Position numbers and translations under genes: made by a program. From NCBI GenBank assembly GCA_963693365.1, contig CAVNZM010000013.1, positions 6,958,713-7,022,712 of the forward strand: 64,000 bases of DNA, given 5' to 3'. The notes beneath the pieces are model-generated. The model searched no databases and was not told the DNA's origin. It saw only the letters and a list, made by a program, of their open reading frames with translations. This document shows positions 1 to 43,138 of the stretch, piece after piece. Origin of the DNA: Amoebidium appalachense. Its lineage: Eukaryota; Protista; Ichthyosporea. Positions within the stretch are counted from its first letter, which is position 1. Each line of letters opens with the position of its first letter.

Positions 1-88
1 TCGTGTGCTTCGGTAGGAAGACCCAGAGAACAAGGGCTGAGAGATGTTTTTTTTTCTTTCTGTGTGTGTGTGTTTGTGTGTGTTTGTG

Positions 89-139
<51 letters not shown>

Positions 140-156
140 TTGCGTGCGTGTGTGTG

Positions 157-194
<38 letters not shown>

Positions 195-230
195 GAGGGG
201 AGAGAGGGGAGGGGGGCGGGGGGGATGAAC

Positions 231-30120
<29,890 letters not shown>

Positions 30121-30304
30121 ATTATCGGTTCGGGCCAGCTACCACCTCCTCCACACAGTTTTCCCACCAGGAACGTGCTGGATCCCTGCAGGGTTATTGG
30201 CGTGAGTGTGGTGCCATTGGGTGACCAACGCAAGGATGGATGTGAATTTGCAAGGGATGGAGGATGGTGGAGTCGAAGCCGGGAGAGGGGGGGGGGGGGG
30301 GGAA

Positions 30305-30337
<33 letters not shown>

Positions 30338-30558
30338 GGGGGGGAGTGGGGGTGGTCGGCTGACCGCTGCATCAATGCTACTGTTAGCTGAAAGTCAATT
30401 GTACTCAGTGGATCTCGAGGCAGTGTGGTTTTAGGGTTGGCCGGACTGTCGAGCGTGTGTTTTCAGACGTGATTGCATGTGGGGCGCGCGTGTGCATGAG
30501 CACCTGTGTGTGTGTGCGTTGTGTGCGGGCGTGGGTGCTTGCGTGTGTGCGCGTGTGT

Positions 30559-30601
<43 letters not shown>

Positions 30602-30628
30602 TGCGTGCGTGTGTGCGCGCGCGTGTGC

Positions 30629-30722
<94 letters not shown>

Positions 30723-33334
30723 CCTTTGTGTCTGTGTACCAATTGTATTTGTGTACGGTTGGTGCTTGAAGCATCACGTTGAATAATCTACACGGGGCAA
30801 GAAGTACTGATGGGCATGAACACCAATCACCACACAGAGTCGTTTTGCGTAAATGACCAACCAACACCATCACCCACATCTTCACCCTCATCAGCAACAG
30901 AGACACCCATACCGAAAGAAAGCGCAGAACAAAAAAACACAACAGGAGAGGGCGGGAAATGCACAACCACCTATATGCGTATGAACATGCTTCCGTGCGG
31001 ACATTCCGGGGGTCAAGGACGGGGCCACTATTAAGGGTAAAGGGGAAGGGGGGCGAGGGGGGGGGAGGGGGGGTGGGGGGGGGAGGGGGGGAGGGAAGGG
31101 AGGAAGGAAGAGGAGGAGGAGAGGGGGGGGGGGAGGGGGGGGGGGGGGGGGGGGGGGAGGGGGGGAGGGAGGGAGGAATGGGGGGAACGGAATGGATCTA
31201 TGCATGTACAGTCTTTTATTTAGGCGTGCTGCTTTGCCACGCTGACAGGCATAGCAGTACTACGTATACCAGATTGAGTCACAACTGAAGCAAACATACC
31301 TTTAACAGTAGAAGAAGATAACAAAAAAAAAAAAAAAAACGAAGTTCTGCATACACTTGGCTGATGCAACCGGTGATGAGAAGACTGGGTGGGCCCAGTG
31401 GCAGGTACAAGAGTCAAATTCGGTTCGATTCGAATCGAACCATATCAATGTTATGTTGCTCTACAAACCGGTGGTTGAGGTCAAAAAGTAAACATGAGCA
31501 TATTAGACACCCGTTGTAGAATATTATTTACTATATTTAGAATTGATAAAGCAATAGATTTGCTTGCAGATTTTTTTTTTTCCCCCTGTGGTCGACAGTT
31601 CAGGGCGTCCTTGAACGATTCGGTTCGTCTATGAGTCCTTGCAGTTTGCGGTGATGAATCAGCCCGGCTCGGACCGCCCGGCTGGCTGGCCCGGTTGAAT
31701 CGATGGCGCAAACAAGCTGCATGACCATGGGCCAAGGCCTCCTAAATAGCACACCATTTAGGAGGCCTTGCCATGGGCCCAAGGCCTCCGACCTGCATGA
31801 CAGAAAGCATCAGCAGTGATCGTCGACAGAATGTTAACGAACAGGCCACGGGCTTGTACAATATATATAGTAGTCCGGTGTTGGAGGAATCTTTCTTTTC
31901 CTTGCTCGAGCTGATCAATGTGTGCAGCAGTGAAAACATTCAGATAGAGCGCATACGTTGAGCCCCGTATAATAAGGTGCTACGGATAAACCACAAGTTT
32001 ATTTTTCCGAATTCTGCCGCAGCTTCGCGGCCCGTGTGGGACACAAAGAGCCAAAAAGAAGGAAAGCAAGTAGGCCGATTTTTTCCGGAAGAAAAGCCGG
32101 CTGGGTAGGTGGCTGTGGTTATGTCTATGTGGGTGTGGGTGTGGGTGTGTTCCAGTGAATATACCAGTGTGTATGTGCGTGCGCCGTTGTGCGTGTGTGT
32201 GTGCAACGCATCCTCCCAGGAGCAGGGGGGGGAGGAAGGCGTTGGGGGGGGGCTTGGGGGGGAGGGAGGGGAAGGCGTTGACTCGGAGGGGAAAAGGGAG
32301 GGAAAGGCGTACGCACATCGAAAAGTGCTTGGCTTTTGGTGCTTATGGCCTAGTGCAACAAGTTTTACTGCGAACATTTACGAAGCCAGGCACGTTCATT
32401 AACATCTTGTTACACGTGCACCAGACCATAGCAGGCCTTGCTTGCCGATCGCGAGTTCCCCAGCTGCAGCCTTGCAAATGAGGGGATTATTGCACATATT
32501 TGCCTTGGGTGCGCGTTAGCCTAAGGCTGAGTTGTAAGCTCAGGATCCGGAAGCTGCTATATCAATTATAATAGTTTGCAGGTTTCACGAGCACTAGTAC
32601 TGGAAACGCGACCTCAGTGACACGCAGATGTCTAACACGTGTGGCCCTAAATTACGGAAGAAGGGTAAACTTTTGCTAACGGCTTTGTAAGCAGCAGTAA
32701 TATAGTGGCCAACGGTCTAGTGTTTTACTGGGTGCTCTGTGAGTTGCTATCGTTTTGTGTACATAGGTGTGTATACATGCCATGGATGAAGTCTGGTGTA
32801 GATTTGTAAGACACGGTGTGTGAATCCCTTTTTAAATTCATAGTGCTTTCGAATTGTGACGGCGTGCTTTCAGTGTGACAGTTTATCGGCACATGCCCAC
32901 TGTACTTTTGCTTTTCCTGAATATTCACCACTTACAAAATCCTGCTCTCATCAACATTCACTACCAAACTCTGTATACATACCAACATTCCGTGCTCATA
33001 AACTTCTTTCACTACGTACGTTACGAAAGACTGTCGTATTGTTAGCTGCTCATTTACCGTTGCACTCACGCACACAGCACGCAATATTTTAGCTGAAGTT
33101 CTATGCACATATATCTTACCACACTAAAGGTGCCCATTTGTCTACGAAACACATGTCGATCTTCATACCAGTCTCCTGCAGAAAAGCGTGTGCTCAGACA
33201 AACCAGCTATCACCCCATAGACGGTTATATATCCGTCAATCAGGCTGCTATTCCATATTCCAAAACCCGGTAGTAAAGGCTTTATCACATTCGTCCTCTA
33301 CCACACGTCACACGTCACAAACAGACAAAACAAC

Positions 33335-34588
33335 TCACACAGAGCCAGACCTTTGCAGTGTTACTGTCTCCGCTGGTAGTTTTTCAGTTCCTTTTCCTTT
33401 CTTCTCCTGCTGAGCAACTTCCCCTTTCACAAGTGTGCTAATGCCTTTTCCGGGATCCGTGCGCGACCCACCCGGGCGTGTTAACATAGACGCACGCGAC
33501 GCAACGAGCACAAGGTCCGCGCTACCCGAATTGATCGTCGAAGGGGCGCTCACAAACATGCGCGTCCCCAAGCGGTTCCTCGGCGTTCTCAGCGTCCCCC
33601 ATGCCCACACGCACGTGAGGATGCAAGACTGCACAAACATTGTAGCCGTGTATGCCACGTGGGGCCACATATACAGGGCCATTCGTGTGTAAAGGCGACC
33701 AACGCCAAATATGGCCGTCATCCACCATAGGAAAGACATTGTCGTTAGGGCAACCGTCATGTTCAAATCGTGACGTTTCAACTCCTTCCGGATAAGAATA
33801 AGCGCAAAAGCGAGAAACCCGTCCACCCCAAAAAGGATAAGATGCCATGTGGTATGCGCGGACCGGAGCCACAAGAGGCCGTTGAACCACCAGTGAGACG
33901 AGTCTTCGATCATGAACGTTGTGTGGCAGATGTAGAAGATGAAAAGAGGAATCAGGCCCATGACAAAGTATGCATGGGCAACAGTGTCGAGGTTGTGCAG
34001 GGACCACCTGGGGGTGTTGGTCCACTGTCGATGTGGGAGGTAGTAAATGAGGACGATTTGAAGCATCATGATTGAAATGGGAAGCACAACGAGTGCGCGA
34101 GGGAACCAGAACGCTGGCCCACCAAAGAGGATAAACGAGGGATATCCCGGAAACTGCTTCCCGTGGACGGAAATATACCCATCTTGGGAAAGGAGGAGAA
34201 TGTAAGATATGGACATGACCAGGTACGCCTGTAGGGGAATCAGCTTGCGAGGCTTGAATTGCGGGTCCCGCTTTCTACGATAGTAGGCTAGTAAACATAT
34301 GATTAGCACTGCCGAGTTGAACCCCGCTAAGGCGTAGCATATGTACGATTTTGTGATGGCGCGGGATCGGGTAAGCTCCGAGGGAGTCGTCCGAAACTCG
34401 GGGGTAGTTGTGAAGTCATATTTGATGCAGAGCATTGACGCGACTACCATTAGGGTGATTGAAAATATGCCAAATACACCCAGAATTCGCGCCCGCCGCC
34501 TATCCCCCTGGTGTGGGTCTACATCTGTTTCAAGAACCGCCGGAAACGGCTGTGGTTCCTGCGTAAAAAATATTGTTTCGTTAGCCAT
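33335..34588 (-). CDS. Intronless 417-aa multi-pass membrane protein (about 7-8 TM, GPCR-like topology), family unassigned
   Basis: Long open ORF in a microsatellite-free region. Repeated hydrophobic stretches, a basic loop YYRRKRDPQFKPR after a TM segment, and a Ser/Thr/basic cytoplasmic-type C-terminal tail. Confidence 0.75.
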   Translation of the reverse strand: MANETIFFTQEPQPFPAVLETDVDPHQGDRRRARILGVFGIFSITLMVVASMLCIKYDFTTTPEFRTTPSELTRSRAITKSYICYALAGFNSAVLIICLLAYYRRKRDPQFKPRKLIPLQAYLVMSISYILLLSQDGYISVHGKQFPGYPSFILFGGPAFWFPRALVVLPISIMMLQIVLIYYLPHRQWTNTPRWSLHNLDTVAHAYFVMGLIPLFIFYICHTTFMIEDSSHWWFNGLLWLRSAHTTWHLILFGVDGFLAFALILIRKELKRHDLNMTVALTTMSFLWWMTAIFGVGRLYTRMALYMWPHVAYTATMFVQSCILTCVWAWGTLRTPRNRLGTRMFVSAPSTINSGSADLVLVASRASMLTRPGGSRTDPGKGISTLVKGEVAQQEKKGKGTEKLPAETVTLQRSGSV

Positions 34589-36719
34589 ACTTGTGGACGA
34601 GAGGTGCAGGGCCCTTTGGGTGCTAGATACTGTGTAGTACTGGGGTTAAATAGAATAGTGGGGTTACTGGCTTCACGAATGGCCCTCAGTCTGTAACAAG
34701 TGAGCTAGGCTATGTTACTAGCTTAGTGGAAGATATGGAAGACTTGATACATATGTAAAAACTAAAGATCTATGGGTGCTTGACAACGGTCTACTTGTGG
34801 ATTCTGAGTAGCGAGAAACTGAATCATTCACCGCGACCTCGTACATGGCACGTATCACAAAAAGGTGCTTATGTATGCATCAATGTTGCACCCTCAAGTA
34901 TTACACGCAGGGGTAGGAGGAGAAAGCAGAAGTGTAGAGCGCGGAACCGGAGGGGGAGGGTGTGGGGGAAAGGGGCAACGGGGGGGAGGGGGGACATATT
35001 CACTAAATGGAAAAGAGCTAAGGACTTTCAGGCCAAGACCTCAAGAGGGCCTAAACGATGGGATGGAGGTAGGCAGGGACAGAGGCGATTCACGCCACAG
35101 TTATTAGAAGTTTCTCAGGAAGAAAGAACACCTGGGGAACTGATGTTATGGGGTCAGACTCTGAGAGTACTCACCCATTGGCATGCGATAGATGTGTCCA
35201 TCAAGGGACGGGCAGGGGGTTCGGCTGTCGTCATTCTGGGAACTAGAACGTCGGTGGAGGGAGAACATATACAGGATCCCATTTACAGCAAGCCATCGGC
35301 TGGTGAAAGTAACAAAAGAAGAAACAGTGACTAAACCAGAAGAGGTTCGTGTATCATGGTAGGTAAAGAATAATATGGGCTCAGTTAGGAACGCATGTAT
35401 ATACGATGCACGAGTTTCAAATTGATGTCTCAAACTTGCAAGTGCACAACTTTGAACCTTTCCTTCGTTACCACCTTTACCAGAGATATCTACTAGTACT
35501 GTACTGTACCTACACTTTCAGGGCATTCTTATATCCTTCCGTTCTGACACGACCAAGACTGCAGCTAGCTAGTTAACGTTGGTCTACAGACCTTAATCTT
35601 TGGCTAAGTATGCTAGTTCAATATAATACTGCAGGTATGCATATGAAATAACCTTTCTTCTAGTTGTACGTTCCTGTAGTTCTCCTTCCAGTATCCACTT
35701 TACTTACTGTTATGCAATTTGGCTGACAGACAGCAGACAGCCTGTCAACGGCCCTGTCAGCCTGCCTGTCTCGCGGACGGTACGGCCGAGGTAAATATAT
35801 GTAGTAGTCCGAGACAGAAGTACGTAAGCAAATTATAAGATGTTAGTTTCTTTAGTCATACAATGCTCGCCTATGGAGTCTACAAAGTAGACTATTCTTT
35901 GTATTCAGGAATGTGCCAGCTATAAATACAAGTTATCTGCCTTTTATCAACGCTATTTCTCCCTATACTTCCTTATTTATGTTGACGATCTGGGCGTGGT
36001 GCTCCACTTTCTAAAAAAGAGGGCAGTTGTAATTTTTCTTTTTTATACCTCAGGTTTTCAACCCTAACAGCAAACTAAGTACGAAATATTTCAGAGCTTC
36101 GATTTTTTTAATTCTCTATGTAACCCGGTTGCAAGAGACTGCAAGCTGCAGCGACGTAGCAAGCAAACAACAAAGGGTTATCTCACTTCTTATGTGATAT
36201 AACTTGGTAAACCACACTATCTTCCGACCTGGGTGGCTATGTCACTTGTGGTATTTAGGCGTGACGCATGTATCTCTGGGTATCTCGTCAGCAAATAAAA
36301 ACGGTTCTTACAGAATAGCCCAGTGCCCACAGAGAAGAGCATCCAACTCCTACATTAGGCCCATCAATATTCCTAGAATTGGCCCTAACAGTGCCACATA
36401 TATAAGAAAATACACCAAAAAAAAGTTGTTGGCTCTATTGCGGCCATCCAGGCTGGTGGAAAGTTGCCAAAATGGCACTAGCCAAAAACAAAATTTCACA
36501 CCCTGCCTAATAGTGGCAATATTAGTCGCCGGAGACGATACACGTGTACATGTGAGCATGCGCCACGTCAGTACGTGGGTAATACAAACAATAGGAAACT
36601 GCCAGTGCTCAACTCGGTAGGCTGCGAACGTGTGCCTGGAGTCCCGGAGAGTGTCTCACTGTGTCCTCCGCGGCTCCCTCACTCTCTCGGAGAAGCCACC
36701 CGACGTCGTGCCCTTTCTT

Positions 36720-36882
36720 CCCTCCCTCTCCCCCCCCCCCCCCCCCCCCCTTTCCTTCATCTCTCTCCTAGATCTCCCTCTTCCCCTCTCTCTCTCTCCC
36801 TCTCTCTCTTTCTCTTTCTCTCTCTTCGTTCTCTCTCTCTCTCCACCTCCCTCCCTCCCTTCCTCTCTCTCTCTCTCTCTCG

Positions 36883-36926
<44 letters not shown>

Positions 36927-36986
36927 AGACTCTCTCTCTCGAGACTCTCTCTCTCGAGACTCTCTCTCTCGATACTCTCTCTCTCG

Positions 36987-37021
<35 letters not shown>

Positions 37022-37110
37022 AGACTCTCTCTCTCTCTCTCTCTCTGCTAGGTCTCTCGATCTCTCAGTCTTTCTCTCTAGACTCAGTCTCTCTCTCGCT
37101 CTTCCCCACA

Positions 37111-37158
<48 letters not shown>

Positions 37159-37211
37159 CGAGAGCCTCTCTCTCTCTCTAGTCTCTCTCTCTCTCTCTCT
37201 CTCTCTCTCGA

Positions 37212-37302
<91 letters not shown>

Positions 37303-37353
37303 AGGTCTCTCGATCTCTCAGTCTTGCTCTCTAGAATCAGTCTCTCTCTCTCT

Positions 37354-37406
<53 letters not shown>

Positions 37407-37516
37407 CGCCCCTCCCTCCCTCTCTCTCTCTCTCTCTCTGAGACTCTCTCTCCGTAAGACTCTCTCCCCCCCCCCCCCCCCGCCTCCCTCTCTCTCTCCC
37501 CCACTCTCTCTCATTG

Positions 37517-37552
<36 letters not shown>

Positions 37553-37582
37553 TAAGACTCTCTCTCCAGAACCCCCCCGGGG

Positions 37583-37631
<49 letters not shown>

Positions 37632-37651
37632 CTCTTCTCCCCCCTCCCTAG

Positions 37652-37704
<53 letters not shown>

Positions 37705-37828
37705 GCTTTCTCTCTCTCTCTCTCTCTAGATCTCTCCCCCTCCCCAACCCCCCAACCCCTCCCCCCCCCGAGTCTCTCTGTCAATCCAAATCTCTCATTC
37801 TCAGGCTCTCCCCCCCTCTCTCTCTCTA

Positions 37829-37869
<41 letters not shown>

Positions 37870-37915
37870 CCCCCCCCCCCCCCTCCCCCCCCTCCCCTTT
37901 TCTCTCCCTCCCTAT
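36720..37915. repeat. 1.2-kb interrupted (CT)n polypyrimidine tract, intergenic
   Basis: (CT)n punctuated by CTCGAG/CTAG/GACTC; internal duplication of TAGGTCTCTCGATCTCTCAGTCTT at ~37049 and ~37302. Confidence 0.9.
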
Positions 37916-38637
37916 AGCTCCCTCCCCTGAGTGGAGTTAAAAAACCTCTTCGCAATATCAGTCAGACAGTCGTCTCAGTTGCCCGGTGGCCCAATGCCTC
38001 AACACTTTGTCTAGTGCTTCACACAACACAGCGGTTGCAGTTGCCTTGCGGACGACTCGGAGTCACTCGAGGCTGGAAGTGACAGCTCACTGACAGTTGT
38101 CTGCCTACGGCAGGCACAGCCGGGGGGGTTGTAAACAGCGTCCTCAGCAATGAGTTTGAGTCAACACTGGGTTAATTTCCATTGCTGAGTCTCTGCCTAT
38201 GCATGGACATAGCCCTTTTCAGCATGTTTCCGTCCCCCACCTCTCCCCTCCCAGGCCCCGCCAGGTGTCTAGCATAATAACTGACAGGCTTTAGTATATT
38301 TTTCCAGAAGACCAGTGTGCCATGGCTTAATTGACATCCGGATACGATCGCTGACTCGGAAAGAGATTGCCACGTCATAATCTCATGAATCTCCTCCCCC
38401 CCTCCCCCCCCCCCTCCCCCCCCCCCCCCCCCCCCGTCGCCTTTTCCCGCGGCCCAAACACCCCACCCCATGGCCATCCGATCCTTTCCCCTGCCCCCAT
38501 ACTCTGCCCATTTATGGGGAGGGAGTGACCTTATAATATACCGGGTCCATGTTTACGAGGTCGAATACTACGTGTCAGCTTGTGGGGGAGAGCCGGAGAA
38601 TTCATGATGAAGTTCGAACCGGAGTATGTGATGGACC

Positions 38638-38683
<46 letters not shown>

Positions 38684-41643
38684 CGGGCAGGATAAGGGGA
38701 GAGAGGGCAAGCGAGATGACAACGTGACACTCCAAACATAACTTTATGATGATAATGTTTGCGTGCGCCGCGGAGTGTGTACACGTCACAGTCTTGACTT
38801 CTGAGAAGGGCCGGGGGGGAGAAGTGGAGCAAAGAAAAAGAGAGAGACAGTCTGGAGTGCTCAAGGGGGGGGTGGGGGGGTATGTGCGTCTGAATCGAGG
38901 GGTGGGGGGGGGGGGGGGGGGGGGGGAAGGGAGAGAGGGAGGGAAGGAGAGGGAGGGAACGATAGAGAGAGAGGAGGGAGAATGAGGGCGAGGGGGGAAA
39001 GGGGGGGGTTAAAGAGAGAGGGAGAGGGAGAGGGAGAGAGACTCGGAAAGAGGGGGAGAGAGAGACTGCAGGGCTAACTTAGGGGGGAGGGACAGAGAGA
39101 GTGACTCAGAGGGAGGGACTCGGGAGCTTGAGGGGGGAGGGAGGGAGGTATATACATAGGTAGCCAGGTAGGGAGGGAGGGAGGGAGGGAGGGAGGGAGG
39201 GAGGGAGGGAGGGAGGGAGGGAGGGAGGGAGGGAGGGAGGGAGGGAGGGAGGTAAAGATAGAGGCAGGGAGGGAGGGAGAGAGGGGGGGGGGGGAGGGGG
39301 GGAGGCATATTTGGCAGATGGAGCCTGTTTTCCGCCATGTGCCAAAGCAGCCGAGGTAAGGGTGTATTGAGACCTGTCCTCCTGGCTGAGCATGAACACG
39401 TGCATCCACACAGCCTGCCCAACAGCTTCATGCGTAGTGACTCACGTGACCCCAACTGGGCTCACAGGCCTGGACAGTGACACTGGCACTGGCACAGTAA
39501 CTCTGATCGTGACAGACTCGCACAGACATCGACGACGCAGTGTGACATACAGCCGCGATGATGCCGGGGCCATGATCTGGCCCTATGACTTCGGGTTTGG
39601 TCATATGACAAAGTATGTGTCTTTTGATTGGCCAAGCGAGCAGAACGAAGTAAAGCTTTTGAGAAATGTAGCTACGCACAGCCGATGCATATGAGACATG
39701 TCTCAGGCTCAGCAGTGCGGCAGCACATAGGTACAGGTGGGCTGCATTGAACATAAGAATCATACGCCAAATGATAAATGAGGCTCAAGCTAAACTTTTG
39801 TAAACAACCGCACAGAATTTTATAACGATTATGAAAAATAATTGCTGTGATTAGATCACGTCATTATTGCTTTTCATTCAGTCACAGTGGCAGTGGTACC
39901 CAATCATTTGGTTCGATACATGTTTTGCTCTAGTTTTCTAGACCCCTTAAACCTTGCAGTTGTGGGTAAGTCATTTCTTCTTACTCGTTTTTTTTCTCTT
40001 GACTGGGATTTAATGATCAGTTGATACGAAGGCAACGTGCAGCCACAGGCTACATGACCACCAGAATAACCGAATTCGAAAAAGCCAAGGTGATGAAATA
40101 AAATAAAACAACAAGTGACCAAAGGACACCAGCTGGCAAAGGTACAAGTGCCGTGTATGCATGAAACTAGTTTGCTCCAACTAGTCAGATGCATCGATGT
40201 TGACCAGACCACACTCCGCAAGAAGACATCATTACTGCTGCTTCCCAACAGGCCCCCATCAAAACCTACCGGGGCACAGCAAGCAAGTCAGCCCTTTAAA
40301 GAGCAATGCAGACCAAAACCGAACAAGAAAACAATCCCCACGGGCCCGGCCCCTAGAAACCCCGCACAAACTGCATCTAGCTCCCTGATAAGGTGGTCTA
40401 GTTGTGGCAGGAGACACAGGAAAACAGAATGCATATGCATGCAAGCAAACCCGGTCATTGCCATACGACTGGAGGCTAAGAACTGGCAGTCACTGGGAAA
40501 GCTCCCCGACGACCCAGTAGCCGCCCCTCCACTCACGAAGTAGCTGAAGAAGTTGCAGCAGCCCACTGCCAATAGGTCGCGTAGAAGCATAGACAGCGTG
40601 TAGAAGTTACCGTGGGTTGCAGTGGACCACCAGGCGTTGAAGAAACCACTTCTCAAGCGAGAAACTCCGCGAAAGGGAGATGCCCCCACACTCACGTTTT
40701 TTTCCTAATTAATTGGCCCCAATGCTTTCAGTCAGCACTACTAGCCGAAATTGCAGGCAAGAGGGTGTCGAATCTTTTTTACACACTACAATGATCCAAA
40801 CCAAATTAATTTAAGTTTTTGCACGTGTAAAGGAATCATTTTTCGCTTCGTTTTGTGTGAAAAATATTCATTCTACAGAAATGCGGTGCACCCCACACGC
40901 AAGGTTTTTGGAGACTCTCTATTTTTCTGTGTACACCAATCAAATTGCGTATAGATCAAAAGATCCCCTCTAACTTTTTGGTGGTCTTGGTTGTGGGGCT
41001 CGGTTTAATTTCCTTCGACTATGTAGATTTTAATCCGATAACAGCGTTGAACAACCATGCGCTGCATGCACAGGAGGAAAAACAAAAGGGTCTACCAGTC
41101 AGTCAACAGTATTTGCAAACACGTACTCAGTTTACTGGGCCGTACAATAATGACACAGTTATTGATCGCCAACAATTCAATTTTCACCTTCGAATGTGAT
41201 TATATGATTAGGATGCAAAGGCATAGGAACATAACCGCAACGCCGCAGCCAAAATACCTCACCTATGTTTTCTATTATTTTACCATTCATAAGTTTACAC
41301 GTTCGTGAATTCGCTTTGTTTTTCATGCTCATATGGTGATACAAAACACGACTTTAGTTAACAAGCAAAGAAGAAGAAACTCCATTTCCAAACAACGCGC
41401 CCCAAAGTTGGCTATTTAGGAGGTACCCAGCTGACCATCTCCATCCAATCAGCATAAGCCATAGGAAATTCCGGCGTTGCTACGAAACCAATGAGATGCG
41501 TCCGTCGCACAAAAGCTTGCGACAACAAGCATAAAGCTCTCGTCAATGACCCATGCCCATTCAGTTGGTTGGGGCTTGGGCTTCGTTTTAGGGTCATTGT
41601 TTTGTCTTGCTGTGAGCTTCCTGGGGCTCAGTTGAGGTTGAGA

Positions 41644-43105
41644 ATGAGGTCCCTTTTTGCTTCTACCGTCGCCGGCCTAGCCGCTCTTGGCGTGGTAGCT
41701 GGATATGGGTTCGATAATCCCGATGATAACAAGGCGGTATGTACCAAGATCCTGGCAAGCTTTTGCATCGTACCCCCCTGGGTGATCCTGCTTTTGGGGG
41801 GGGTAGGAAAAGTTGGTTTATAATTTTGCTCTCGCAACAAGGGCAACCTGAGCTATACTGTTTAGCATGGTCAGCAACTCTCATGTGCACCTGTTGACCA
41901 CATCTACAACTATGCACACCTTTCCCTCCCCACATCCAGCAGAGATCCCCTTTTCGTACATACCAACCACCAATCATCTCTTCTATTACATGCATCCCCC
42001 CTTCCTCCCCTCCCCCCTCCCCCCTCCCCCCTCTCTCCCCTCCCCCCCCCCCCCCCCCCCCCCCCCTTCTTCCCCCCCCCCCCGCCCCCGTCTTCCTTCC
42101 AGGATCCTTTCTCCCACCTTCCAACCATCGCGATCACAACGAACTACCACTTACTACCCCCAGCACCACGTTTCCTCATTGTCGCTCTTTAGTGGGCACC
42201 AACTCACCATACACTGTGTGCAGATGTACGAGCGCAACCAGCAAGAGCGCGAGGAGTACTTTGTCATGAACCCCTTCAACGCAAACGCTTTTGCCTCCTA
42301 ATGCTGAGGTGAGCCCCTTCCCCTCCCCCCTCCCCCCTCCCCCCCCCACCCCCACCCCCACCCCCACCCACCCACCCACCCACCCACCCACCCGGCAGAA
42401 CAACAACAACACACGTACACCCACACACATGCAAGTACACACACACCCTCCAGAAAAAAACGACGACCAAAACCACCACTACCACCACAAGACTCTCAAT
42501 GCACACTGGCGTCATCCTCTACAACACACATCAGCACAGTTGCCAAAAGGAAAGGTTGAATGAAAGTTTAGAAGTTACCAAATTTCCCTTGGTCTCAGAA
42601 GTCAACTAAAGCAGGTTTTGGAGCCTAGAACATACAGGAGCAGTGATCGGAGGGGTTGTTTTGGGAAGGGGTGATCGGAGGGGATGCTTTGGGAAGGGGA
42701 TTCGTCCATTGTTGCTACTGTTTCCTAACACACCCACCCATGCAGACACTGCCTAAGAACTTCAACTGGTGCAAGTTGGAGGATGGCCGCAGTCTGTGCA
42801 CACCGTCATGGAACCAGCACATTCCCACGTACTGCGGTAGCTGCTGGGCCCACGCCACACTCAGCATGTTGCAGGATCGCATGTTCATCATGCAGGTGGG
42901 TGCGCATGTCTGGTGTTATGTGTGTGGGTTTGTTTTTTTTGGTGGCAGGGCGGGGGGGGGGGGGGGGGGGGGGGGAGGGGGGAGTGGTCATTGTGTACAC
43001 GTTTGTGTGGTAGTATCATACGGTGAGGGGGAGGAGAGGGAGGAATGGGGTTTAGCATTATACGGGTGAGTGAGTGCTTAGTTGCACCGTGGCGCTGCTG
43101 CGTAT

Positions 43106-43138
<33 letters not shown>

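Noticed and set aside
40288-40695. 135-aa minus-strand ORF and overlapping ORFs in complex intergenic DNA
   Set aside because: No recognisable motif, no ATG start and no consistent exon structure; a decayed gene or TE cannot be excluded.
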